This document shows positions 7,355-16,693 of a stretch of 64,000 bases of DNA, piece after piece (position 1 is the first letter of the stretch; each line of letters opens with the position of its first letter). Origin of the DNA: a virus; the IMG/VR virus record IMGVR_UViG_3300029955_000018, positions 7,898 through 71,897 of that record. One strand, written 5' to 3'. The notes below the pieces were generated by a model that had not been told where the DNA came from, ran no database searches, and worked only from the letters and a program-made list of their open reading frames with translations. The position numbers and the translations under genes were made by a program.

Positions 7355-9760
7355 TTATGCTCCAGCAAGCGGCTGCGCCTGCGCGGGCGGGGGTATCGGC
7401 GGCGTGGCGGCCTGCGCCATATCGGCTTCGTGGCCTTGTTGCTGCGCGGCCATGCCCTGTTCATGGGCCTGAGCGTTGGCCTGGGATTGCGCCTCGGCCT
7501 GCTGCTTCTGTTGGGCCGCCTGCTGCAACTGGAGATGCTCGGCTGCGTCCGCCGCCGCGGCGGCTTCGACGTCCATCCCCGCTCTCAACAAAGCCGCTCT
7601 CCGGTCGAGTTCCGCCTGGAGGGCGGCGTGATCCAAGTCGGCGAGTTTGTTCATGGACGCCGATTTCGACATGGCTTCGGCTACCAGGATTTTGGTCTGG
7701 TTACCCTGGGTGGCCACGCGCTCGGCCGACTCGTACTTCAGCCGTTGGGTTTTCAGTTCGTCGGCCATTTGGGCGAGTTGCTGCATCAGAGTCTGGATCG
7801 CCTGGCTTTGTTGCTGCAGCTTGGCCATCATCTGCTGTGTGGTGGGCTGCTGGGCGGGATCCTGATTGTCCTGGTCCTGCGCGACGTCCGGCGGTCTCCA
7901 GCGGTCTATGAATTCCTGCGGCAGGTCGAGCATCTTGGCGATCAGGTCGAGAGCGCGCGCGCCGGCCTGCGGATTATTGGCCACAAGCTGCAGCACGCCA
8001 TCGGTCTGCTGGCGGAGCAGGCTGGCGTAGGGCGTGCCATCGCCGATGGTCACGTCGTAGCGCGCCGGGTCGAAGTCCGCGCCCACGCGCCACATGCGGT
8101 TGACGCCGTTTTCGAGTTCCTGTTTATTGATGTTCACCGACCGGACCTTGCCGTCCGGGTCCATGATGGTGATGGCGCGCGCCTCGGAGTAGACGTGCGG
8201 CATCAGGTCGAGGCGGATGCGCGTGGCGTGCCGGATGGAACGCGCGTAGTTATCGGCGTAGTTGAAGTGCGCGTTATCGCCCTGGCGCTGGATGGCGTTG
8301 ATCGCCTTGCCGGACTGGTCGCCCTGCGGCTCGCCCAGGTCGGGCCCCCAGATGTTCAGGGAGTTCTTGATGTCCTGGTCGCGGTGCATCAGGGCTTGGG
8401 TGATCGCCATGATGTTGGCCTCGGTGTTCACGCGGAAAGGCGGAGGCACCATTTGGCCGCTGACATCCTCGGCGTCGTAGACCAGCACGTCGTGCGGCTT
8501 GCGGTTGGCCTCGTGCCACTCGGGATGGTTGTCTATCTGGCCCGAGGAAGCGATGAAGCTGGACATGGGGGCGAGCGCGATCGCCTGCGCTTCCTTGCTG
8601 GCCATGTAGTCGTAGGCCAGGTTGGCTTCCATGGCGGGACGCACCATGCCGCGGACGGCGACTCGGCCGTCGACCAGCACCTCGCGGCCGACAACGCAGG
8701 GGAACGGAATCCACTTCCCTTTCCACTCCGTGACCGGTCCCACGATTTCGACGCCGGTCATTTTGGCCATTTTGACCACCGGGCGCCGGATGTCGCGCCG
8801 GCCGATCTCGTAGACACTCGCCGGATAGGTGTCGGCCTGGTAATCCTTCAGCCGCACCACCTTGCCGGTAGAGAGCATGAGGACGGTTTCTTTCGGGCCG
8901 CTCTCGATCCACCAGTACTCCGCCACGCGAATCGACTTCCTGCCGGGGAACCAGTCGTCTTTCTCTTTATCCGACAGGTGAATAAAGTCCCCGGTCATCG
9001 CCGTGGACGCGTCGGGATAGTCTTCTTTGAACACCACCGGATCCAGATCCTCGGTGGCGAACAGATACCGCATGTCGGAGCGGTCGAACTCGATACAGGC
9101 CGGGTCGCAATAGATGGAGAAGGGATTCGGGATGCGCTTCGAGATCAGTTTTTGCAGGAAGCAGGTCTGCAGGGAGCCGTCGTCGGTGTTATCGGTTTCC
9201 CAGTCGAACCATTCCCTCCACCATCCGATGCCGATCTTCACCGCGTGTTCGAAGGCCGTCGAGCGCGCCGTATCCGCGCCGCAATCCTGATCGATGTTGC
9301 GGTTCATCCCCTGGAGGATTTTGGCCTCTTCTTTGCTCGCGCCCTCTCCCACGGGTGAGATGCGGCCCTCCGGAGGCGACTGCCGCATGTTGTTGACGAC
9401 CTGATCGCAGGATGGTCCGATCTTGTCGAAAGCCAGGCAGGGAAGCCCCTTGCGCTCTTCGCGCTGCTCGGTCTTCCAATGGTCCATGTTGTCGACGAAA
9501 TTCAGTTCTTCGATGGCCTTGCGGCGGAATTTCTCCTCGTACTCGCAAATGGCGCGGAAGCGGACACGCGCTTCCTGCAGGAGGTCCCGGTCCACCGCGC
9601 CGTCTTCTTCGACCTGTTTCTTCGAGCCGGCCGTAGCTTTGACTTGAGGCGAACGGATCGACTTCGACGCGTCGGTCAGCGGGATTTGGGGATCCTGCTG
9701 GCTGGGCGCCATACTGGCTTGCGGCGGAACGAGCTGCGGGCCGTTGGTGGGAGGGAACAT
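7355..9760 (-). CDS. Portal protein, P22 gp1-like (801 aa)
   Basis: PCLAFDKI, RIPNPFSIYCDP, IRVAEYW, IPFPCVVG, DQSGKAI, RYDVTIGDG motifs; Gln-rich C-terminal coiled coil. Confidence 0.9.
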   Translation of the reverse strand: MFPPTNGPQLVPPQASMAPSQQDPQIPLTDASKSIRSPQVKATAGSKKQVEEDGAVDRDLLQEARVRFRAICEYEEKFRRKAIEELNFVDNMDHWKTEQREERKGLPCLAFDKIGPSCDQVVNNMRQSPPEGRISPVGEGASKEEAKILQGMNRNIDQDCGADTARSTAFEHAVKIGIGWWREWFDWETDNTDDGSLQTCFLQKLISKRIPNPFSIYCDPACIEFDRSDMRYLFATEDLDPVVFKEDYPDASTAMTGDFIHLSDKEKDDWFPGRKSIRVAEYWWIESGPKETVLMLSTGKVVRLKDYQADTYPASVYEIGRRDIRRPVVKMAKMTGVEIVGPVTEWKGKWIPFPCVVGREVLVDGRVAVRGMVRPAMEANLAYDYMASKEAQAIALAPMSSFIASSGQIDNHPEWHEANRKPHDVLVYDAEDVSGQMVPPPFRVNTEANIMAITQALMHRDQDIKNSLNIWGPDLGEPQGDQSGKAINAIQRQGDNAHFNYADNYARSIRHATRIRLDLMPHVYSEARAITIMDPDGKVRSVNINKQELENGVNRMWRVGADFDPARYDVTIGDGTPYASLLRQQTDGVLQLVANNPQAGARALDLIAKMLDLPQEFIDRWRPPDVAQDQDNQDPAQQPTTQQMMAKLQQQSQAIQTLMQQLAQMADELKTQRLKYESAERVATQGNQTKILVAEAMSKSASMNKLADLDHAALQAELDRRAALLRAGMDVEAAAAADAAEHLQLQQAAQQKQQAEAQSQANAQAHEQGMAAQQQGHEADMAQAATPPIPPPAQAQPLAGA

Positions 9761-9790
9761 GGGAAACGGAGATCTGGTATTACGCTCGGT

Positions 9791-10036
9791 TTAACTGTTG
9801 CGGTTGGGTCTTCGGCTTCTGAAAAGTGGATCGTAGTCCCGCATAAGTCGCTCCAGGAGGGCTACGGCGCGGGGAGTCCCAAAGACGTTGGCCTGGTGCC
9901 ACTCGGGATGGTTATCTATCTGCGCTTCGAAGCTCTCGCAATCGTTCGCGTGCTTTCCTCGCCCCCACACGCACCGTTCGCACGTGCCGGGAAGGGTCTT
10001 CGCCTGGTTGCCTTCGAAGGGTCGATCTACGGTCAT
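9791..10036 (-). CDS. Small Cys/His protein carrying a 12-aa near-copy of a portal segment
   Basis: ATGA overlap with the upstream gene; CERC...H..C; QIDNHPEWHQAN. Confidence 0.5.
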   Translation of the reverse strand: MTVDRPFEGNQAKTLPGTCERCVWGRGKHANDCESFEAQIDNHPEWHQANVFGTPRAVALLERLMRDYDPLFRSRRPNRNS

Positions 10037-10461
10037 GCGGCCACCGCCGCTCTCTCCACAATCACGGCAATGTGCTGTTCTTCGTGCAGGATGGAGTATT
10101 CCTTGCCTTCAATCACGACGTTGCCCCACGGGCGGCGCTCGTACAGAACGATATCTCCCCGGTGTGTGTCCATGGGGAATCGTCCGGTCGGATGCCGATA
10201 GGCGAAACGCTCGTCGTGGTAGCCCAGCTTCGATTTGTAGCGGTACGCATCTCCGGGCCCGGTAAGCGCCACGCGGCCCCACCAGAAAAACTCCGTGGTC
10301 TTGTCGCGCTTGGGATCGTCCGGGACAAATAACAGCCCGCTGACGGTTTTGCTCTCCCAGCGTTCCAGTTTGCGGAGGGGCTCGACCAGCACCTGGTCGT
10401 GCAGGAGGCGCAGCGCGGGAGCTGTCGGCAAGGGCGGAAGGTTTTCAAAGGAAGGTGTCAT
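10033..10461 (-). CDS. groES: Co-chaperonin GroES (Cpn10)-like protein
   Basis: LRLLHDQVLV...KTVSGLLFVP...GRVALTGPG...GDIVLY...IEGKEYSILHE follows the Cpn10 pattern, with an extended loop. Confidence 0.8.
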   Translation of the reverse strand: MTPSFENLPPLPTAPALRLLHDQVLVEPLRKLERWESKTVSGLLFVPDDPKRDKTTEFFWWGRVALTGPGDAYRYKSKLGYHDERFAYRHPTGRFPMDTHRGDIVLYERRPWGNVVIEGKEYSILHEEQHIAVIVERAAVAA

Positions 10462-10477
10462 AAAGGCGCGCGGTCGT

Positions 10478-12118
10478 TTACACGTTGAGTGCGGTATCGA
10501 TCTTGTGTGCTTCGGCTTCCGGACCGGTTCCGGGATTCAGCCACTCGTTGTTGATGGCCCGCTTGATGTGGGCGTTCATCAGCTTCGGATTTGTGAAAAG
10601 AAATTGCTTGGGTTTTCCGGCCGTGAAGTGGTGGAAGACGCGCATGCCATTCGACGCCGGCTTGAGGCTGATCTTCGTGAGCTTCGGCGCCGCGACCTTC
10701 ACGGGTTTGATGGCGTGAAAGCGCAGGGAAGGCGCGGGAAGGGAGGAGCCAGCGAAATTCATAGGGGTAAACTGGGAGTGCAGGTGGCCGGGAAACCGGC
10801 AGTCTGACCGTAATCAAAGCGTGGGGTCCGGTTCCCTGCGCGCCAAAAAGCGGGATCGCCGAAAGGTGCGGCTGGAGTTCCTCGGTTTGCCACCCGCCAC
10901 ACGTTAAGCCGGTCATGTCGTCCGGAGGCAGGGCGACCGCGATCTATTCGTCTTCGTCGTCTTCGTCGGGCTCGGCGGCGGGAGTCGACGCGCCGGAGCC
11001 GGATGTCCCGCCCGGCGTCTCACCCGGGTCCGCAGCTCCAGCCGCGGCCGGGAAGAATGCGGCGGTGTGCTTCTTCACGTGGGCCAGCAATTCCTTGGCG
11101 GTCTTGTGGATGGTCGGGTCCGGAGAAAGGTGCGGCCCGTAGGAGTCCTCGGGTTTGGCGTCGGGATGAGGGGCAAACTCCATATGGGAGACTACTCCGT
11201 TCTCGGCTTTTTCGAGGCGCATGGAGCGCATGGGGCCATGCTTTTTGGTGGCGCCTTTCCTGGTGGCGGTCACGCTGGAGATACGATTCATGAGGTGGTG
11301 CCGCCTCCTGGCGGTAATTCAAATTTGAGAAACGGCCGGATTGTCCCGAGTACTTCGAGGCGGTCCAGGCCATCCATGTCCTTCAGGAACTCTTCAAGCT
11401 GGGGGCGGTCGATGGTCTCGGCAATCTGCTTGAGCGCCACGAGATAGCAGGCCCCACAGCGTGTCTTGTTCCGCGAAATCCGCTTGCCGCACTGACAGGT
11501 ACCGAATGCGTGCGGCGCTTCAGGCTTCGGCGGGGCGGCGGCGACTCCGCCGGCGAGCAAGGTCATGCCGGGCATGCCGAACTGATAGAACGCGGAAATA
11601 CGGCGGGCCTGGCCGGCCTGGTCCGGACTAATGAGGATAGCGCGGGGTTCCATTAAGTCACTAAGTCATCCAATCTCTTCCACCGGCCCGCTCATACTTC
11701 GGCGGGATATAGGCGGTCTTCTTTTTCACCGGACACTCGTGTTGCTCTACGTGGCCCATGATGCACGTCAGCGGCGCCTTGCACCTGGCGCAACGGAAGG
11801 TGGGCTCGGGTCCGCCTTCGGGTTCGCCCGGCGGATTGTAGACGTCATCGCGGCGGTTCATGCGGACGTCTCGAAATAGGCGCGCGGTCTGGCGGCGGCG
11901 GCTTCACACCCGGGGGTGCAGAACTTGCCCCCGTGGCAGAACTCCTGGCCGCACCAGGCGCAGAATCGGCTGCACTGCACGCCAGTCAAGTAAGTTGCCA
12001 GTTGCCGCGGACCGGAAGACCCGGGATGAACCAGGTCGATCTGCTCGGCCGCGGGCAGGTTGGCGGGCGTGAGTCCGTCCTCCAGGAATTCGTAAGGGCT
12101 GTGGTGGTGGCTGCTCAT
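10478..12118 (-). other. Cluster of small hypothetical genes between terL and groES (10478-10762, 10944-11291, 11288-11653, 11661-11861, 11858-12118)
   Basis: Same strand, mostly overlapping start/stop codons; several CxxC motifs. Confidence 0.55.
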
Positions 12119-13578
12119 ACCATCCAACCCCGCTCGCCGCCGGAGGGTGTACGGCTACCGGGGATAGAGGGACGCGACGGACGAACGATCATTTTGTCCC
12201 TGCCGGAATTGACCATGTAACGCGTGGCGTCCATCAAATGATCGCTAACCTTCACGATGTTGCCCTTGTCGTCGCGGTGGTACTTGCGAAATTCGTTCCA
12301 CCAGTTATGGCAGCTCGGCATGACCTTGAAGAGTCCCGACACCATCAGCGTCCAGACCTTGGCGATTCCAGTATCGACGGCGTTGTCGGCCTCCGAGAGC
12401 TTCAATCCCAACTCGCGGTACATCGTCAGCAACTGGCGGCCGTCAACCTGCGATCTTCCGCGGGAGGCCGGGTCGATCACTCCGGGGATCCAGGATCCGC
12501 GCGCCTTGATGCCGGCGGCGTGCGTGGGCGGTTCGCCCTGCGCCTGGTAATACTCGTCGTAGGCCACCAGCACGCCCGATCCGGGATTGCGCGCCACCCA
12601 AAGAGCCGCGGTCCTGTTCCAGCCGACGTCTAGAGCAAATGCCCGTGGCCAGGTGTCCGGGATCGCGGCCAGCGGCGTGAGGATGTCTTCCTCCGCAGTC
12701 GGATAGATCGCGCCGGCGCCGAGCGTCGGTTCGCCCAATGTGCGCGCCTTGATCTGGTAGCGCGGCGTGGTGGCGAGGAGTTTCTTTTTCTCCTCCTCGT
12801 CCAGGTGAGGGACGTCCTTCCATCCCGCCTGCACGTAAAACTTGTATTTCCTGGCCTCGTCGTTGTCGGGCTCGAGGAAGCCCATCACCACCTCGGACAT
12901 GCCCTGCAGCGGGGTGAAGGTGATGTAGACGATGCCTTTGGTGGTCATCGTCCGGAGGACCATTTCGGTGTAGCAGTCGAGCGGCGGTTCTTCGTCGCAC
13001 CAGATGAAGTCGCGGGCCGTGCCTTCGAACGACTTGCGGCCCTGTTCGTAGGTCTTGAGGGTAAGCTTGCTGACTTCGCCCGAAATATGGCGCACCCATA
13101 CTTCCGAGATAGCTCCCGGCATGCCGTGCGGCCTCGGGGTGGTGTGGACGATGAGATGCTTGGGGATCATCCCCGTGCCGATGGCATCGACAGTCCCTAC
13201 CAGCTCGCGCTGTACGATATCGCGCGTGGTCTCCGAGGTAGTGCCGCAGGCCCAGCCTTCCGTAGCTCTGCAAAATCGCTTACCTGGCCAGAAGGCCGGG
13301 TACCGTCCCGTCAAGTGGGCAGTTGTCTCGTAAGCCCCGCTGACCGTCTTGCCGATGCGGTTGGCGGCCATGAACAGCCGCTCTTTGTAAGTCAGGCCGG
13401 CCGCGAAGAACTCAAGGTGCTTGGGGTACAGTGCGAGGCGAAACCTGCCGGTCGGCAGAAACAGGGTCTGCATCCGGTGGGTCAGCCTGCGGTCCATCTC
13501 CGGTTGCTGCGTCACCGACGCGTCGAGCACCAGCGGCTTCAAGCTTTCGGGTGAGAGCGATAAGGGTTCGGAGCTCAT
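12115..13578 (-). CDS. terL: Terminase large subunit (P22 gp2-like)
   Basis: Walker A MAANRIGKT, Walker B FIWCDEE, coupling motif TFTP, nuclease ALDVGW...DHLMDATRY. True start may be downstream (13497). Confidence 0.95.
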   Translation of the reverse strand: MSSEPLSLSPESLKPLVLDASVTQQPEMDRRLTHRMQTLFLPTGRFRLALYPKHLEFFAAGLTYKERLFMAANRIGKTVSGAYETTAHLTGRYPAFWPGKRFCRATEGWACGTTSETTRDIVQRELVGTVDAIGTGMIPKHLIVHTTPRPHGMPGAISEVWVRHISGEVSKLTLKTYEQGRKSFEGTARDFIWCDEEPPLDCYTEMVLRTMTTKGIVYITFTPLQGMSEVVMGFLEPDNDEARKYKFYVQAGWKDVPHLDEEEKKKLLATTPRYQIKARTLGEPTLGAGAIYPTAEEDILTPLAAIPDTWPRAFALDVGWNRTAALWVARNPGSGVLVAYDEYYQAQGEPPTHAAGIKARGSWIPGVIDPASRGRSQVDGRQLLTMYRELGLKLSEADNAVDTGIAKVWTLMVSGLFKVMPSCHNWWNEFRKYHRDDKGNIVKVSDHLMDATRYMVNSGRDKMIVRPSRPSIPGSRTPSGGERGWMV

Positions 13579-14119
13579 CGTTGTCTAAGGCTGCATATTT
13601 GTCGATGGTGATCTGGAGAGGCCGTTCGTCGACCGTGACGGCGACTTCCTTCTTGGTCTTCCACTGCCCGGTGTCCTCGGCGGCTTGCCGGCCGATGGAA
13701 AGCAGCGAGGCGACCGCGCCCGTGTCGATTTCGTATTCCGGGACGCGGGTCGAGACGCGATTGCCGTCCGCATCGACGGTGGCTTCCATCTTGTACTTCA
13801 CGGTCACCATGCCGGTGTCATGGCCGGGGATATCGGCCATGCCCTCGTCGGCCGCGCGCGCCAGGATGGCTTTCCATACGCGGTGGCGCAGCGCCTTGTA
13901 ATCTCCCAGGCGCCGGTCCTGATCGCTGGGTCCGCCCGTCCGGGCTTTTATCCGCCAGGCATCCTTGGCTTCGCGGACCAACTTCTGGAAGTCTTTATCC
14001 GCCCGCCAGGTGGTGACGGTGCGGCGGCAGACCCCGATTTCTGTGGCAATCTGCTCCGAAGTCAGCTTGTTCCGGGCCACCAGTGCGGCGGCCTTCTGCT
14101 TCTGTTCGGCGGGAGTCAT
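13412..14119 (-). CDS. terS: Terminase small subunit (N-terminal HTH)
   Basis: LTSEQIATEIGVCRRTVTTW HTH; directly upstream of and overlapping terL. Confidence 0.7.
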   Translation of the reverse strand: MTPAEQKQKAAALVARNKLTSEQIATEIGVCRRTVTTWRADKDFQKLVREAKDAWRIKARTGGPSDQDRRLGDYKALRHRVWKAILARAADEGMADIPGHDTGMVTVKYKMEATVDADGNRVSTRVPEYEIDTGAVASLLSIGRQAAEDTGQWKTKKEVAVTVDERPLQITIDKYAALDNDELRTLIALTRKLEAAGARRVGDAATGDGPQADPPDADPVSADRQVSPRTVPQAP

Positions 14120-14133
14120 GGAATAAGCTGCAC

Positions 14134-14460
14134 TTATAAAAGAGGTTTACGGGCTGAAAGGGCTGCTATCAACTTGCGCCGTGTCTCGCCGTGGCGCTCG
14201 CGCCGTTTGAGCGCCCTCTGTCTGAGGTCGTCGCTGAGAATAATGCGTGCCTGTCGTTCGCACCACTCCTTGGCCCCTTCCAGGTGAAGGTAGAGCCGCT
14301 CCGACTTATCCTCGGCGGTCGTGCAGTAGCAGAGGGTCTTCTCTGTGGGCCCGTCGATGGTGGCCAATACCCGCCCGGAATCGTGGACCAGGAACCACAT
14401 GCGGAAATGCAGTCCCTCGTCGGTGAGCCGCGGGTTCTCGAACCAGGTGAAGGGAAACAA
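14134..14460 (-). CDS. Hypothetical protein
   Basis: ORF in operon orientation; start uncertain. Confidence 0.4.
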   Translation of the reverse strand: MFPFTWFENPRLTDEGLHFRMWFLVHDSGRVLATIDGPTEKTLCYCTTAEDKSERLYLHLEGAKEWCERQARIILSDDLRQRALKRRERHGETRRKLIAALSARKPLL

Positions 14461-14464
14461 GGGA

Positions 14465-14686
14465 TTACGAATTGAAGACTTTGGAACCTGTGGCTGTCGC
14501 TGCCAGGTTATCCAGGGCGGCGTTGAACGCGGCCGTATCGGTGGAGAGCTGTGCTTGTGCCGGGGCTAACGGCGCCGTGGCCGTGGCGATGGCGGTTTGG
14601 ATGGTGCCTACGTTGGCGACGCTCGAAGAGTAGGTGGCTTCGGCGGCGGCGGCGGCGGTGATGGCTACGTCTAGATTCGATTGCAT
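14465..14686 (-). CDS. Small Ala/Thr-rich helical protein
   Basis: AAGGAG RBS before ATG 14686. Confidence 0.6.
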   Translation of the reverse strand: MQSNLDVAITAAAAAEATYSSSVANVGTIQTAIATATAPLAPAQAQLSTDTAAFNAALDNLAATATGSKVFNS

Positions 14687-14732
14687 AACGGAACTCCTTT
14701 TTCTGCGGTCAAAGAAACGAAACTGCATGCGG

Positions 14733-15383
14733 TTAGGTCTGCTTGAGCATGCGCCTGATATGCGTGTCGCTCACGCCCAGTTCCTTGGCGATGGCGCGCC
14801 GGCTCATGCCTTTCTCCAGCATGCCGGCGATTCTTCCCCGGTGAAAGATCTTCTTGGGCCGTCCAACGGGCAGGTCCTTGCCGCTCTTGGAGTGGTGGTT
14901 GCGGTTGCGGATAAAACGCGCGAAGGCCGCCGGTCCGGCGGCGTACGCGATCTGGTAAGCCGTAAAGCCTCCCTGGGTCCGCTCGTTGATGAAGCCGCGT
15001 TCCAACTCGGCCACGGCCGCGAAGATCGTGAGCATAAACTTGGCGGTGGGATTGTGGTTGTCCGTGTCGATGCCCATCGACGGACACAGGAACCGCACCT
15101 TGTAGGCATCCAACAACTTGATGTTGGTCAGCGTGTCCAGTGTCGAGCGTCCGAAGCGGTCCATCTTCCAGACCATCACGGTGTCGATCTGTTTCGCGCG
15201 CGCGTCTTCCATGAGACGGTCCAGCTCCGGCCGCTTGTTGCCTTCCTTGCCGGAGAGCTTCTCCATGTACACGGAGTACTCCGGCCAGCCGTACCGCTGC
15301 ATCAGTTCCTTGAGGCCGGCCAGTTGGACGGCGCAGTCCTGATCGACGGTGGAAACTCGGGCGTAGATGGCCTTGTCGCTCAT
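14733..15383 (-). CDS. Small serine recombinase (resolvase/invertase)
   Basis: YARVST catalytic motif, RPEL, VWKMDRFGRS, AELERGFINERT, C-terminal HTH. Confidence 0.95.
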   Translation of the reverse strand: MSDKAIYARVSTVDQDCAVQLAGLKELMQRYGWPEYSVYMEKLSGKEGNKRPELDRLMEDARAKQIDTVMVWKMDRFGRSTLDTLTNIKLLDAYKVRFLCPSMGIDTDNHNPTAKFMLTIFAAVAELERGFINERTQGGFTAYQIAYAAGPAAFARFIRNRNHHSKSGKDLPVGRPKKIFHRGRIAGMLEKGMSRRAIAKELGVSDTHIRRMLKQT

Positions 15384-15392
15384 AGGGAAGGG

Positions 15393-16691
15393 TTAGGCGA
15401 CGGTTTTCATTACGGCGCTGTTCGCGTCGAGGGCGTCTCGGAGCGAGAGGTACGCAAGCGCGACAGTGAGAGGGACACAGCCATTACCCAACGCTCGTAA
15501 ACGGCTGACGCGAGAGGATTGCCGGCGTCCGTCCATCCTGTCGGCACGTTCATAAGCAGCTCGACAAACCGCGGGTTCAACATCCGGGCGCTGCACGAGC
15601 AACCTGGCCCATGCATCAAGGTCCGCCGGGCCGGGAGGGAAAATTGCGATACCGCTTCGCACAGAGGCCGCGCGTTCGGCTTCGTCACCTTGCCCGTCAC
15701 TCCGGAGCGGTGATCGCCCACCACGGGTGTCGGCCACTGCTCGGCCTGTTCGGCGATCGTCGTTTGATGCCCTTGGCCTATCGAGGCCTTGCGGTTGCGC
15801 GGGCCGCCCGCGCCTGGTGAGTCCGGAGTGCGCCACCTCCGCGCCTGCTGGTCCAAGTCCTGCTCGTCCTTGCGATCCCGGCCCCGCGATCGGAACGAGT
15901 CCGTTGCCGGCGTCTGCCACGCCATCACCTGCTTGGCGAATTCCCCGCCGCCGCCCGCCGTCTTGCCGTTCTTGTCCGTATTCTGAAAGCCGTGCGGTGT
16001 CTTCCAGGCTTGGGCTTGCCTCCCCAGCATTTCGGTAGTGCGATTCGTTGCGGTACGGCTCGGCCTGGCCTTCGTGCCTTCGCCGGGGTTCGCGGTGGGA
16101 GTGGTCCAGTTCCGCGCCGCGCCCGTGAGTGAGTCCGTCGAGCCAGGGTGATTGCCGCAACTCTCGCCGTCTTCCGCCCGTGCGCTCGGCCAGCGCGAAG
16201 AGTCTGAGCCTTCGGTGAGGCGCGCGGACTTCCTCCGCGCTAAAGAGTCCGCACGCAATGCGGTAACCCATGCGCTCCAGTTCCTCGGCGACTTCATGGA
16301 AGCCGAGTCGAAGATGTGCGTCGACATTTTCGAGGAAGACTTGCTCTGGCTGGACTTCGCGGACGATGCGCGCGACGTGGGGCCAGAGGTGACGCGGGTC
16401 TTTCTCCGCGCGCTGCTTGCCGGCGCAACTGAACGGTTGGCACGGATAGCCGGCAGCGATCGTATGAATGCGGCCACGCCACGGTTTGCCATCGAAGGTT
16501 GCGAGATCGCTCCAAATTGGAGCGTCATCCAGGATGCCGTCTTTGATACGCGCGACCAGGATGCGGGCAGCAGTAATTTCCCGTTCCACGAAACATGCTG
16601 TGACAAATCGAGGGTCCGCGAGCTTGAGGCCAAGTCCGATACCTTCGTATCCGGAACAGAGGGAGAGAACTGTTTGGGGAGATGGATCCAC
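15393..16691 (-). CDS. C5-cytosine DNA methyltransferase (main frame)
   Basis: Motif I LSLCSGYEG, IV GYPCQPFS, VI FLENV, VIII PHRRLRLF, X RLRALGNGCVP. Confidence 0.9.
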   Translation of the reverse strand: MDPSPQTVLSLCSGYEGIGLGLKLADPRFVTACFVEREITAARILVARIKDGILDDAPIWSDLATFDGKPWRGRIHTIAAGYPCQPFSCAGKQRAEKDPRHLWPHVARIVREVQPEQVFLENVDAHLRLGFHEVAEELERMGYRIACGLFSAEEVRAPHRRLRLFALAERTGGRRRELRQSPWLDGLTHGRGAELDHSHREPRRRHEGQAEPYRNESHYRNAGEASPSLEDTARLSEYGQERQDGGRRRGIRQAGDGVADAGNGLVPIAGPGSQGRAGLGPAGAEVAHSGLTRRGRPAQPQGLDRPRASNDDRRTGRAVADTRGGRSPLRSDGQGDEAERAASVRSGIAIFPPGPADLDAWARLLVQRPDVEPAVCRAAYERADRMDGRRQSSRVSRLRALGNGCVPLTVALAYLSLRDALDANSAVMKTVA

Positions 16692-16693
16692 AT
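15410..16693 (-). CDS. Overlapping alternative-frame ORF (candidate MTase beta polypeptide) with WxTP repeats and a motif IX-like segment
   Basis: 427-codon open frame on the same strand; WTTP/WKTP/WQTP/WRTP/WPTP repeats and LNPRFVELLMNVPTGWTD. Confidence 0.6.
   Translation of the reverse strand: MWIHLPKQFSPSVPDTKVSDLASSSRTLDLSQHVSWNGKLLLPASWSRVSKTASWMTLQFGAISQPSMANRGVAAFIRSLPAIRANRSVAPASSARRKTRVTSGPTSRASSAKSSQSKSSSKMSTHIFDSASMKSPRNWSAWVTALRADSLARRKSARLTEGSDSSRWPSARAEDGESCGNHPGSTDSLTGAARNWTTPTANPGEGTKARPSRTATNRTTEMLGRQAQAWKTPHGFQNTDKNGKTAGGGGEFAKQVMAWQTPATDSFRSRGRDRKDEQDLDQQARRWRTPDSPGAGGPRNRKASIGQGHQTTIAEQAEQWPTPVVGDHRSGVTGKVTKPNARPLCEAVSQFSLPARRTLMHGPGCSCSARMLNPRFVELLMNVPTGWTDAGNPLASAVYERWVMAVSLSLSRLRTSRSETPSTRTAP

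Noticed and set aside
6566-9358. 930-aa plus-strand ORF and similar long antisense ORFs (e.g. 49336-51444)
   Set aside because: Shadow frames opposite well-supported genes in GC-rich DNA.
8504-9922. DGR template/variable repeat pair
   Set aside because: Mismatches are not adenine-specific and no reverse transcriptase is visible.
14733-15383. Serine recombinase as the prophage integrase
   Set aside because: 216-aa resolvase/invertase architecture without the large recombinase and Zn domains; no att site nearby.
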